Assembly (NCBI GenBank): GCA_964629755.1
Contig: CAZVSJ010000001.1
Span: 6,817 to 70,816 of the forward strand
Direction: 5' to 3'
DNA: 64,000 bases
Origin: an uncultured Oscillospiraceae bacterium
GTDB lineage: Bacteria > Bacillota > Clostridia > Oscillospirales > Oscillospiraceae
Numbering within the stretch: the stretch's first letter is position 1; each line of letters opens with the position of its first letter. This document shows positions 36,679 through 46,117 of this stretch, piece after piece. The notes under the pieces were generated by a model, which worked only from the letters and a program-made list of their open reading frames with translations, was not told the origin of the DNA and did not search any database. The position numbers and the translations under genes are program-made.

Positions 36679-37638
36679 ATGCAATGGATCGAAGTGACCG
36701 TCCGCACCGCCTCCGAGGGGATCGAGCTGCTGTGTGCGGAGCTGACGAACGCAGGCTTTGACAGCCTCGTGATCGACGACTGCGAGGAATTTGAGGATTT
36801 TCTCGAAGCGTCGAAGGACTATTGGGACTATGTGGACGACGCGCTGGCGGCGAAGATGCAGGACCGCTCGCAGGTCCGGCTCTATCTGCCGGAGGACACG
36901 GCGCAGCAGGCGCTTTCCGCTCTGCGCGCGCTTTTGGCGGAGCTGCCCGGGCGCTATCCGTGCGATTTCGGCCCGCTGACCATCGCGCTGGAAAATGTGC
37001 CGCAGGAGGACTGGGAGAATTCGTGGAAGCGCAACTACCGTCCCCTGCCCGTCGGCGAGCGGCTGCTGGTCGTGCCGCAGTGGATGACCGTGGACGATCC
37101 CGGCGACCGCCTGCCCATCCTGCTTGACCTCGGGCTGACCTTCGGCACGGGCGAGCACGCCTCGACGCAGATGTGTATGCGTGCGCTGGAAAAGCTGATC
37201 CACGGCGGCGAACGCGTGGCCGACCTCGGCAGCGGCAGCGGCATCCTCTCCATCTGCGCCCTGCGCCTCGGCGCCCGGAGCGCCGTCGGCGTCGACGTCG
37301 ATCCAGCCGCAGAGCACATCGCCCGCGAAAACGCCGCGCGAAACGGCTTCGGCGCGGAGCGCTTTCGCGCCTGCACGGGCAACGTCGTCACGGACGAGGC
37401 GCTCATGCAGTCGCTGTGCGAAACGCCTTACGACATCGTCTGCGCGAACATCGTCGCCGGCGTGATCGTGCAGCTTGTGCCCGTTGTGCCGCGCCTGCTC
37501 AAAAAGGGCGGCCGCTTCCTCTGCTCCGGCATTCTCGCCTCGCGCGAGGACGAGGTGCGTCAGGCGATCGAGCGCGCCGGTCTGCGCGTCATCGGCCGCG
37601 AACAGACGGACGAATGGTGCTGCCTGCTGGCAGAATAA
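36679..37638 (+). CDS. prmA: Ribosomal protein L11 methyltransferase
   Basis: DWENSWK, FGTGEHAST, DLGSGSGIL, ANI, SGIL; ATG 36679 behind AGGAG. Confidence 0.93.
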   Translation: MQWIEVTVRTASEGIELLCAELTNAGFDSLVIDDCEEFEDFLEASKDYWDYVDDALAAKMQDRSQVRLYLPEDTAQQALSALRALLAELPGRYPCDFGPLTIALENVPQEDWENSWKRNYRPLPVGERLLVVPQWMTVDDPGDRLPILLDLGLTFGTGEHASTQMCMRALEKLIHGGERVADLGSGSGILSICALRLGARSAVGVDVDPAAEHIARENAARNGFGAERFRACTGNVVTDEALMQSLCETPYDIVCANIVAGVIVQLVPVVPRLLKKGGRFLCSGILASREDEVRQAIERAGLRVIGREQTDEWCCLLAE

Positions 37639-37659
37639 CTTGACAAAGGAGGGCGGATC

Positions 37660-38676
37660 ATGCTGCGCATTCCTTACCGCAACCGCCTGCTGCTGAAAAA
37701 AATACTGCGCATCGCGCTGATCGTGCTGGCGGTGGCGCTGGTGCTGGGTGTCGTGCTGCTGATCTATATCGAGCCGTATATCATCTATGATCGCGACGGC
37801 GCGCATCTCGACCTTGCAGCAGATGAAAACCAGCCCGCCGCGTCCGAGGAGCTTGCCGCCCGCCCGACGGTGGAAAATCCGCTGGTGATCTATGACACCG
37901 ACGCCCCCGTGGAAAAGACGATCGCCGAGATGGGCGGCTACTATATCACGACCGCCATGCTGCAAGACCCCGCCGCCGTGTTCGACGCGGTCAAAAAGCT
38001 CGAAGAGCCGTGCGCCGTGATGATCGAGCTGAAGAGCATCTTCGGTAACTTCTACTACTCCACCTCCATCGGCGGAGCGCAGACGGCGGACGTTGAGATC
38101 GCCGTCATCGACGAGCTGATCTCCTATCTGGTGGACAACAAGTTCTATGTGATCGCCGTGGTCCCGGCCTTCAGCGACCGTGCCTTCGCGCTGGACAACC
38201 AGTCGTGCGGCCTGCCGCTGTCCAGCGGTGCGCTGTGGATGGACGAATACGGCTGCTACTGGCTCGACCCCGCCAACGAGACGGTCAAGTCCTACCTGAT
38301 GCAGATCGCCCGCGAGCTTTCCGGTCTCGGCATCCGCGAGGTCGTATTCTCCTCGTTCCGCTTCCCCGACAGCAGCAACATCGTCTACGCCTCCGACCGG
38401 ACGAGTACGGAGATCCTCCGCCAGACGGCTTCGGAGCTGACGAGCTTCTTCACCGGCAGCAACCTGATGATCTCTTTTGAGACGGACGCGGCGGACTTCC
38501 CCGTCGACGCCTGCGCCGGGCGGCTCTATGTGCCGGACGTGGACGGCTCGCAAGTCGAGCGCTATGTCCAGCTCTACGGCGGCAGCGAGACACTGACGGA
38601 GCTTGTCTTCCTCGCGTCTTCGCGCGACACGCGCTTTGAAAATCAGGCCGTCCTGCGGCCTCTGTTGACCGAATGA
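37660..38676 (+). CDS. Membrane-anchored putative glycoside-hydrolase-like protein (DUF4015-like)
   Basis: N-terminal TM; VMIELKSIFG, WLDP, GIREVVFSSFRFP. Confidence 0.6.
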   Translation: MLRIPYRNRLLLKKILRIALIVLAVALVLGVVLLIYIEPYIIYDRDGAHLDLAADENQPAASEELAARPTVENPLVIYDTDAPVEKTIAEMGGYYITTAMLQDPAAVFDAVKKLEEPCAVMIELKSIFGNFYYSTSIGGAQTADVEIAVIDELISYLVDNKFYVIAVVPAFSDRAFALDNQSCGLPLSSGALWMDEYGCYWLDPANETVKSYLMQIARELSGLGIREVVFSSFRFPDSSNIVYASDRTSTEILRQTASELTSFFTGSNLMISFETDAADFPVDACAGRLYVPDVDGSQVERYVQLYGGSETLTELVFLASSRDTRFENQAVLRPLLTE

Positions 38677-38867
38677 TTGCACACTTTGTCGTTGAAACCG
38701 CGCAGCAAGAACTTTATTAGTAGATAGATAATAATTGCAATTTGTTCATATTCCTGCTATTATAAATAAAAATAAGGAGAGAGCCTATTGAATTCTTGAC
38801 TTTTTTGTTATTGCTGTGTTTAACCGAAAAAGAGAAAAAAAGATGCTACAGATAGAAAGGAGAAATT

Positions 38868-39482
38868 ATGAAAGTAACTATTTCTTGGTATAATTTTTCA
38901 AACTGTCCAGAGGCAACTGAGTATTCAAAAAGTCATTCACATTTAAGCTGGTTTGTTGGTATTCTTGCAAACTTACTTGCTTTTTCTTCCGTCGTTGAAT
39001 TTATTGATAGTACAGTACAATTATTCGGTCAATCAGCATTAGATAGTTTTATATTTACATCTCTGTTCCCTCCTTTAGGTGCACTTGCAGTTTATTTAGT
39101 TTATGTTCTATGGGACAATCGGGCAAAAATGAGAATAAAGAGTATACTAATTCATCATAATCAGACAGTAAGTGAATCCCAGTATAATGTTGAAGCGAAG
39201 GAGCGAGAGTTGCGGAGAAGCGCCAACAAAGCCTTAAAAGTATCCACATCATACTTTTTTACATATTTCTTTGGCATATACATAAGTTTGATTGGAGCAA
39301 TTATTACGGCATATTCTATATATCTACTTTCTAATCAGCAAGAAGGATTCATTCTCTTAGCGGTTGGTGTTACACTGGTTGTCTTATTCTCTTTTTTGAC
39401 ATTCAAAATAATTAGGGGCATCAAATCCCGATTTCCAAAGAATCCCAGCAGTATTTTGACAGAAGGAATATGGGGATTCTAA
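38868..39482 (+). CDS. Low-GC hypothetical membrane protein (about 4 TM helices)
   Basis: AAGGAG RBS; visibly AT-rich compared with neighbours; four hydrophobic segments. Confidence 0.65.
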   Translation: MKVTISWYNFSNCPEATEYSKSHSHLSWFVGILANLLAFSSVVEFIDSTVQLFGQSALDSFIFTSLFPPLGALAVYLVYVLWDNRAKMRIKSILIHHNQTVSESQYNVEAKERELRRSANKALKVSTSYFFTYFFGIYISLIGAIITAYSIYLLSNQQEGFILLAVGVTLVVLFSFLTFKIIRGIKSRFPKNPSSILTEGIWGF

Positions 39483-39521
39483 AAAACACAATTTATGATT
39501 AACATTAAAGGAGTTTTTTAT

Positions 39522-40451
39522 TTGCTGAATTTGTTTCTCCACGCCGAAATGACCGGAAACGGCGATTTTTGGCACACGGTCGCTTCCGCTGCTTTGGACG
39601 GCCTGAAGGACGGCCTGTGGAGTATTCCGGTTCTTTTCCTCGCGTATCTTCTCATGGAGGCGCTCGAGCGCAGCCGCCGCTTCAACGAAGGGCTGCTGCA
39701 CGGCTTCAGCCGCAAGGCAGGCCCGGCCCTCGGCGGCCTGCTCGGCATCGTCCCGCAGTGCGGCATCTCCGGCGCAGCCGCTACGCTGTTTTCCACCGGC
39801 TCGATCACCGTCGGCACGATGCTTGCCGTCTTCTTCGCCACGTCCGACGAGATGCTGCCCATCATGCTCTCGTCACTGACCGGTGACGGCGGGCCGGGCG
39901 TGAAAAGCATCCTGCTCATCGTGCTGACGAAGGCGCTGCTCGGCGTCGTGCTGGGCTACCTTGCCGACCTGATCCTGCGCCGCTTTATCCGCACGGGCAA
40001 GGACATCCACAGCTTCTGCGAGCGCGAGCACTGCGCCTGCGACGACGAGGAGGGCAGCATTTTCCTCTCCGCGCTGAAGCACACGCTGCGCATCGCGGTC
40101 ATGCTGATCCTCGTCAATTTCGCGCTCAACCTGCTGTTCCAGTTCATCGGCGTGGAAAAGCTGTCCGGCACGATCCTCAGCCGTCCCGTCATTGGCGAAG
40201 CTCTGCTCGGCCTGTTCGGTCTGATCCCGAACTGCTCGGTGTCCGTCGTCGTGACGGAGTCCTATCTGAGCGGCGTGCTCGGTCTTGGCGGCCTGTTCGC
40301 CGCCCTGCTGTCCAACGCGGGCATTGGCCTGCTCGTCCTCGTGCGCACGAACAAGAATCCGAAGGAAAATCTTGCCATCATCGTCACGCTGTACGTCCTG
40401 AGCGTTCTGGCGGGCACCGCCGTCGGCCTGTTCTCCGGTCTGCTGGCATAA
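39522..40451 (+). CDS. Putative metal (manganese) transporter, DUF2899-like
   Basis: GIVPQCG, SDEM, His/Cys loop HSFCEREHCAC, GLIPNC; probable TTG start behind AAGGAG. Confidence 0.75.
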   Translation: MLNLFLHAEMTGNGDFWHTVASAALDGLKDGLWSIPVLFLAYLLMEALERSRRFNEGLLHGFSRKAGPALGGLLGIVPQCGISGAAATLFSTGSITVGTMLAVFFATSDEMLPIMLSSLTGDGGPGVKSILLIVLTKALLGVVLGYLADLILRRFIRTGKDIHSFCEREHCACDDEEGSIFLSALKHTLRIAVMLILVNFALNLLFQFIGVEKLSGTILSRPVIGEALLGLFGLIPNCSVSVVVTESYLSGVLGLGGLFAALLSNAGIGLLVLVRTNKNPKENLAIIVTLYVLSVLAGTAVGLFSGLLA

Positions 40452-40478
40452 AAAATGAGTCTCTCCTTGCGGAGAGGC

Positions 40479-41399
40479 TCATTTTTCGATCGTGACCGTT
40501 TTTCCGTCGCTGACGAGGACGATGTCGCCCAGCTCGTCGGTGCGCAGGACGGTCACGCCCGCGTCGTGCAGGCGGGAGAGGACTTCCTCATGCGGATGGC
40601 CGTAGCTGTTGCCCTTACCGACGGAGATGACGGCGTACTGCGGCATGACCTCGTTCAAAAAGCGGTAGGACGTCGACGAGTTGCTGCCGTGATGCCCGAC
40701 CTTGAGGACGGTCGAGGAAAGCGTCGCGCCGGAGTCCAGCAGCGCCTGTTCGACGGGGATCTCCGCGTCCCCTGTAAAGAGGAAGCTCGTCTCGCCGTAG
40801 ACCACGCGCAGGACGATGGAGGTGTTGTTCGTCTCCTCCGCCTGCGGGTCGCAGTCGAGGACGTCGACGCGGGCAGAGCCGAGGTAGAAGCTGTCGCCTA
40901 CGTTGGGAACGATCAGGCCGCCCGTCTGCTCGTTGACCGCGCTGACAAAGCTGCGGAAGCAGGCCGAGTCATACTCCGTCACGGGGCAATAGACCGTGTT
41001 GACCTTACAGGCGTGCAGCGCAGCAGGCAGTCCGCCGACATGATCCTCATGCGCGTGGGTGCAGACGACGTAGGAAAGCTCGTCAATGCCCCGCTTTTGC
41101 AGCACGGTATAGATCAGGTCGCTGTCCGCGACATTGCCGCCGTCGATGAGCATCGACTCGCCGTCGCAGAGCACGAGCGCGGCGTCCGCCTGCCCGACGT
41201 CGAGGAAGACCACGCGGAAGTCCGGCTCCTCCGGCAGCGGCTCGGCATCCTTCCACGGCGTTCCGCTGACGAGCAGGTAGATTCCCCACAGCGCCACGGC
41301 GACGAGGGCGACGAGCCAACTGTATTTGGACGGCTTCGGTGCATTTTTCGATTTCTTTTCCTTCGGTTTCCCGAATTCGACAGTTTTTTTCTGTTTCAT
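40479..41399 (-). CDS. ComEC/Rec2-like metallo-beta-lactamase-fold protein with N-terminal membrane anchor
   Basis: FLDVGQAD, THAHEDHVGG, FTGD, KVGHHGS, YGHPH. Confidence 0.9.
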   Translation of the reverse strand: MKQKKTVEFGKPKEKKSKNAPKPSKYSWLVALVAVALWGIYLLVSGTPWKDAEPLPEEPDFRVVFLDVGQADAALVLCDGESMLIDGGNVADSDLIYTVLQKRGIDELSYVVCTHAHEDHVGGLPAALHACKVNTVYCPVTEYDSACFRSFVSAVNEQTGGLIVPNVGDSFYLGSARVDVLDCDPQAEETNNTSIVLRVVYGETSFLFTGDAEIPVEQALLDSGATLSSTVLKVGHHGSNSSTSYRFLNEVMPQYAVISVGKGNSYGHPHEEVLSRLHDAGVTVLRTDELGDIVLVSDGKTVTIEK

Positions 41400-41508
41400 A
41401 TGATATTCTTTCCTTACAGCTTATCCAATGCGAGCGCACTTCATCTCCCGGCGCAGGATGCGCCATTGCACAACCGGCTTGCCCTCTGATTCCGTCAGAG
41501 GGCGTTTT

Positions 41509-44085
41509 TTATTCCAGAATTCCGTATTTCGTTTTGATTCGGTCGAGCTTTTCCAGCATCGGCTCGCCGAAGATCCAGAGGTAGACCACCGTTGCCGACG
41601 CGTGGACAACGTCGACCGGGAAGCCGCTCAGGCAGTAGGCCGCGATGCTCTGCCACGACAGCTCGGTGTACCAGGTGAAGGCCGACGAGATGTTCATGAT
41701 GAGGCCGTAGACCGCCAGCGCCGCGATCGCGCCGAACACGGACAGCGAGACGCGTCCCCGGCGCAACACGCCGCGCCGGTAAAGCACGCCGGCGAGAAAG
41801 CCCACCAGCCCCATGGCAAACATCTGCCATGGCGTCCAGGGACCCTGGCCGAACACGATGTTCGACAGCAGCATCGACAGCGCTCCGACCAGAAAACCGC
41901 TCTCGCCGCCGAGGGCGACGCCGGAGATAATGACGAGCGCCAGCACGGGCTTGAAATTCGGCAGGGCGTAAAACGCCGTGCGTCCTGCAACGGTGAGCGC
42001 CGAGAGCACCGCAAGCAGTACCAGCTCCCGCGCGGACGGGCCGCGCCGCTCAAACAGCAGCGCAAACGGCAGCATGATCTCCAGCAGGACGAGCAGGGAG
42101 ATGAACAGATATTTTTGACCGTCCAGCAGGAAAACACCGCACAGGATCGTCGCGGGAACGGCCAAAAGCACCATGCATAGCGTCAGCCACGTCCGTTTCG
42201 TCAACCGCTGCTTTTGCTGCGGCAGCGGCGTGCGGTCGCTGCGCCGGCTCACGCACAGCAGCAGCGCAACAAGGCCCAGCGCCAAAAGCATATACTGCGC
42301 GCTCTGCGGCACAGGGCGGAAAAACGTGAATTTCAGCGGCGTGACGATCTGCAAAAACAGCAGCACATCCAGCACAAGCGCCAAAAGCGCAAGCGTCACG
42401 CGCCACCACGGCAGCGGCTTGACCGCGAGCGGGGCGGACTGTGCGGCGGGCGCAGCCTCCCGCTCGTCATCATCCGCGGAAAAATCCGACACCTCGATGC
42501 CGCAGGCTCCGGCCAGCTCCGCGAAGGTCACCGCCTCGGGCAGCAGAGTGCGCGCGATGCGGTTGGCGGAGGTGGTATAGAAGCTGTTGCCGGAGAAGAA
42601 CTCCGTCGGCGTGCCCTCGGCGGCGATCGCGCCGTCGAACATCAAAAGGCAGCGGTCGGCGTATTCCGCGCAGAACTCGACATCGTGGCTGACCATGACG
42701 ACCGTCCTGCCGCCGTCCAGAAGCCGCCGCAAAATCGCGGCAAATTCGCGCTTGAACTGTGCGTCCATGCCCTTGGTCGGCTCGTCCAGCAGGAGTATCT
42801 CCGGCGCGGCCAGAAGGATCTTCGCCAGCGCGCAGCGCTGCTGCTCGCCGCCGGAGAGGTCGTAGGGATGGCGGTCAAGAAGCTTTTCAAGTTTACATAA
42901 TTTTGCCGTCTCCGCAATGCGCGCCTCGCGCTGCTTCTCGTCCGTGCCGCGCAGAAGCTCCTCCAGCTCGCCGCGCACCGTCGCGCGGACAAAGAGCGTC
43001 TGCGGATCCTGCGGCAGCAGACCGATGCGCGCCTTTTGCGCATTGCGCACCTTGCCCTGCTGCGGGCGGTGCAGTCCGGCCAGAAGCGAGATCGTCGTCG
43101 TCTTGCCGCTGCCGTTGCCGCCAAGCAGGGCGGTGAACTGCCCGCGGTAGAACCGGCACGACAGGTCGCGCAGCACCTCCGGGCCGTTTTTTTCGTAGCG
43201 GAAGCGGACGCTTTGCAGCTCCAACGCCACATCCGCCTGCGGCCGGAGCGTGCGCGGCGGAACGGCCCTGAGCGGATGCTCCGCGGCATAGGCATTCAGC
43301 CACGTCCGCGCGCCGCTGACCGTCAGCTCGCCGCACAGGCGCAGGGGCGTCGGCATGGAGGAATAGAGCATATGGTGCAGGTCGTACAGCTTTTTTGCCG
43401 CCTCTGCGGGCGTTCCCTGCGCGATCACGCGCCCGCCGTCGATCACGAGCACGCGGTCGGACAACGGCAGCGCCTCCTCCAGACGGTGCTCGCTCAGGAT
43501 CACCGTCGTGCCCAGCTCTCGGCGGATGCGCCCGACCGCGTTCAGAAATTCCGACGCGGCGATCGGGTCAAGCTGCGCCGTCGGCTCGTCGAGCAGGAGC
43601 ACGCGCGGCTGCATCGCCATCACGGAGGCGAGATTCAAAAGCTGCTTCTGTCCGCCGGAAAGCTCGGACACATTCTTATAAAACCAGTCCTCGATGCCGA
43701 AAAACGCAGCCATCTCCGCCACGCGGCGGCGGATGACGGGCGTAGATACGCCGAGGCTCTCCAGCCCGAAGGCCATCTCGTGCCAAACCTTGTCCGTGAC
43801 GATCTGGTTGTCGGGGTTTTGCAGGACGAAGCCGATCTCGGCAGCCTGCTCCCGCCGGTCGAGCGCCGTGAGCGGTCGGTCAAAGAACTCGATCTCGCCC
43901 GAAAGCGTGCCGTGCGGCGTGAGGGCGGGCTTGAGCGCGCGCAGGAGCGTCGATTTTCCGCTGCCGGACGCGCCGATCACGGTGAGAAACTCCCCCTCTT
44001 CCACGGAGAAGGTGACGTGCGACAGCGCGCATTCGGTCTGCTCGGGATAGGCAAAGGTCAGATCTCTGACTGCGATATGCGCCAT
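41509..44085 (-). CDS. ECF transporter fusion: duplicated ATPase (A-A') plus CbrT-like S component
   Basis: Two ABC domains (GASGSGKS/LSGGQ; GGNGSGKT/LSGGE); C-terminal PNFKPV...FGQGPWTPWQM S-component motif. Confidence 0.9.
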   Translation of the reverse strand: MAHIAVRDLTFAYPEQTECALSHVTFSVEEGEFLTVIGASGSGKSTLLRALKPALTPHGTLSGEIEFFDRPLTALDRREQAAEIGFVLQNPDNQIVTDKVWHEMAFGLESLGVSTPVIRRRVAEMAAFFGIEDWFYKNVSELSGGQKQLLNLASVMAMQPRVLLLDEPTAQLDPIAASEFLNAVGRIRRELGTTVILSEHRLEEALPLSDRVLVIDGGRVIAQGTPAEAAKKLYDLHHMLYSSMPTPLRLCGELTVSGARTWLNAYAAEHPLRAVPPRTLRPQADVALELQSVRFRYEKNGPEVLRDLSCRFYRGQFTALLGGNGSGKTTTISLLAGLHRPQQGKVRNAQKARIGLLPQDPQTLFVRATVRGELEELLRGTDEKQREARIAETAKLCKLEKLLDRHPYDLSGGEQQRCALAKILLAAPEILLLDEPTKGMDAQFKREFAAILRRLLDGGRTVVMVSHDVEFCAEYADRCLLMFDGAIAAEGTPTEFFSGNSFYTTSANRIARTLLPEAVTFAELAGACGIEVSDFSADDDEREAAPAAQSAPLAVKPLPWWRVTLALLALVLDVLLFLQIVTPLKFTFFRPVPQSAQYMLLALGLVALLLCVSRRSDRTPLPQQKQRLTKRTWLTLCMVLLAVPATILCGVFLLDGQKYLFISLLVLLEIMLPFALLFERRGPSARELVLLAVLSALTVAGRTAFYALPNFKPVLALVIISGVALGGESGFLVGALSMLLSNIVFGQGPWTPWQMFAMGLVGFLAGVLYRRGVLRRGRVSLSVFGAIAALAVYGLIMNISSAFTWYTELSWQSIAAYCLSGFPVDVVHASATVVYLWIFGEPMLEKLDRIKTKYGILE

Positions 44086-44924
44086 TGCAGCGCCTCCTTT
44101 GCTTCAAAAATCAGGGGGAAAGCCGCCAAAAGCACGAAGGCCGCGGCGGAAAGCAGCGTCCAAACCCCGGCGCTCCCCTGCATCACCGGGTAAAACTGCC
44201 ACGAAAGCGCACCGCCGAGGGCGGCAGTCAGGACGCACGCGCCGGGCACAATGAGGAAGGCCAGCGCAAAGCCGTCGCGCGGCGTAAAGCGGTAAAGGCT
44301 GAAGGCCGTGCGCTTCGGCAGGCCGTAGCCCCGGCTTTTCATGGAATCGGCGGTGTCGAGCGCGTTTTCCAGCGACCAGGTGATGACGATGGAGATGACG
44401 CGTCCGGCATGGCGCAGGCCCTTGCTGTCCGGGCTGAGGCATTTTTGCGCCTCGGACACCTCGCGCACCCGGCGCAGCAGGCGCGGGATGAGGCGCAGGC
44501 CCATCGAAAGCGTCAGCGACAGCGCGGGGATGATGCGCCCGAAGAGGAAGACGAGCTTGTCCGAGGTGAGGATCGCGTTCCACGAGGTGAACCAGAGCAG
44601 CACCGTGGCAAGGCGCACCGCCGCAAACACGCCGTAAAGGACGGATTCGAGCGTGCAGGCGTTGCCCGACGGGAAATAAAAGAGGATCGTCACGCCCTGA
44701 TGGGTGATGAGCGGATTTAGTAGCGCCGTAAAGAGCATCAGGGGCGCGACCAGCAGGAGCTGACGCGCAAATCTTTTCCCGCCAACGCAGGCCAGCGCCG
44801 TCAGCGCCGCGAAGACCAGCCCCGCAAGCTGGACGATCGGATGCGAGACAAACATCGCAAACAGCATGACGAGCAGAAAATAGAGCAGTTCAACAAAGGG
44901 ATGGAGCTTGGAAAAGCCCGCCAT
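44058..44924 (-). CDS. ECF transporter transmembrane T component
   Basis: KLHP N-terminus, LRLIP, MKSRGY; ATG 44924 behind GGAGG. Confidence 0.9.
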   Translation of the reverse strand: MAGFSKLHPFVELLYFLLVMLFAMFVSHPIVQLAGLVFAALTALACVGGKRFARQLLLVAPLMLFTALLNPLITHQGVTILFYFPSGNACTLESVLYGVFAAVRLATVLLWFTSWNAILTSDKLVFLFGRIIPALSLTLSMGLRLIPRLLRRVREVSEAQKCLSPDSKGLRHAGRVISIVITWSLENALDTADSMKSRGYGLPKRTAFSLYRFTPRDGFALAFLIVPGACVLTAALGGALSWQFYPVMQGSAGVWTLLSAAAFVLLAAFPLIFEAKEALQWRISQSEI

Positions 44925-44952
44925 ATGCACACCTCCGGGAGAATATCACCAT

Positions 44953-45177
44953 AAAAACAGCGGAACGCCGAGACGTCCCGCTGCGGGCGCAGTTCTCCCG
45001 AACCGTGCGCAGCCGTTTCGCCTCAGAAAACCGCTGAGAACAGGCGGGAATATACCGACTTGGCCCATTTTTCTTCCTACTCCGGCCGCCTTCCCGAACG
45101 AATCAGTGGCATATTGGCCGTTTCGTTGACCTCACGGTTGCCGAGACACAGTGGACTGTTTCCTCCGCAGCCTGTTC
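44953..45177 (-). ncRNA. Cobalamin riboswitch (aptamer about 45038-45177, terminator about 44953-44983)
   Basis: Minus strand: P1 GAACAGGC/GCCTGTTC, GCAACCGTGAG, GCCACTG...GGGAAGG, B12-box-like AAGTCGGTATA, then terminator CAGCGGGACG...CGTTCCGCTG-TTTTT; upstream of a CbrT-like ECF system. Confidence 0.8.
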
Positions 45178-45283
45178 ATCCATATAACGCATATAGTTTA
45201 CCACAGATCATCGCGAATGTAAACGGATTTTTGTGCCGAATCTGCGCAAAGCGGCATAGACTGTGACGAAGGGAGGCATTGTG

Positions 45284-46012
45284 ATGGCACGCTATGTGCT
45301 GAAATTCGGCGGCAGCTCGGTCGCGGACGCCGCAAAGCTCTATGCCGCCGCACGAAAGCTGGCCGCCGAATACCGGGCGGGGCATGAGGTCATCGGCGTG
45401 CTGTCCGCGCAGGGCGGCACGACCGACGCGCTTTTGGCCAAGGCGCGCCAGATCGACCCCGATTGCGCCGGGCGCGAGCTGGACGCCCTGCTCTCGACGG
45501 GCGAGATCTGCGCCGTCAGTCTCTGCGCACTTGCCCTGCGGCGGTTGGGGATCCCCGCCGTGAGCCTGTGCGGGTGGCAGGCAGGACTTTTGACCGAAAG
45601 CGTCCACGGCGGCGCAAGGGTGCTCGGCCTGCAAAGCGACCGGATCGAGCGGGAGCTGCGCGCGAAAAACGTCGTTCTGGTCGCGGGCTTTCAGGGCATC
45701 GACAGCGAGGGCGACGTCACGACCCTCGGCCGCGGCGGCTCGGACACGACGGCCGTCGCGCTGGCGGCCTTTCTGCACGCCGACCGCTGCCGCATCTACA
45801 CGGACGTCGACGGCGTCTACGACAAGGACCCGCGCAAATTCCCCGACGCGGTCAAATACGACACGATCTCCTACGACGAGATGCTGACCCTCGCACGCGG
45901 CGGCGCAAGAGTGCTGCACGACCGCTGCGTGGAGCTGGCCAAGCGCACCGGCGTGGAGATCGAGGTGCTTTCGAGCTTCCGGCCGCTGCCCGGCACGGTC
46001 GTCCGGCGGTAG
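45284..46012 (+). CDS. Aspartate kinase, catalytic domain only (no ACT domains)
   Basis: KFGGSS, SAQGGTTD, AGFQG, TLGRGGSDTTA, TDVDGVY..DPR; stops at 242 aa. Confidence 0.88.
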   Translation: MARYVLKFGGSSVADAAKLYAAARKLAAEYRAGHEVIGVLSAQGGTTDALLAKARQIDPDCAGRELDALLSTGEICAVSLCALALRRLGIPAVSLCGWQAGLLTESVHGGARVLGLQSDRIERELRAKNVVLVAGFQGIDSEGDVTTLGRGGSDTTAVALAAFLHADRCRIYTDVDGVYDKDPRKFPDAVKYDTISYDEMLTLARGGARVLHDRCVELAKRTGVEIEVLSSFRPLPGTVVRR

Positions 46013-46046
46013 GGATGAAAAAACTTCCGCTTTTTCCCGGGAAATA

Positions 46047-46075
46047 TTGTTTTCGGGTGCGTTATCCGATATAAT
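46047..46075 (+). promoter_or_regulatory. sigmaA-like promoter of the three-gene operon
   Basis: TTGTTT-N17-TATAAT about 43 nt before the ATG, with AAGGAG RBS. Confidence 0.6.
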
Positions 46076-46117
46076 AAGAAAAAGATAACGCACCAAAGAT
46101 ACAAAGGAGCGACGATT

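Noticed and set aside
36622-38682. 686-aa minus-strand ORF spanning prmA and the next gene
   Set aside because: Antisense shadow of two in-frame genes; no recognisable domain
39480-39522. yybP-ykoY (Mn) riboswitch ahead of the putative Mn transporter
   Set aside because: Only about 40 nt of AT-rich spacer; no matching structure seen
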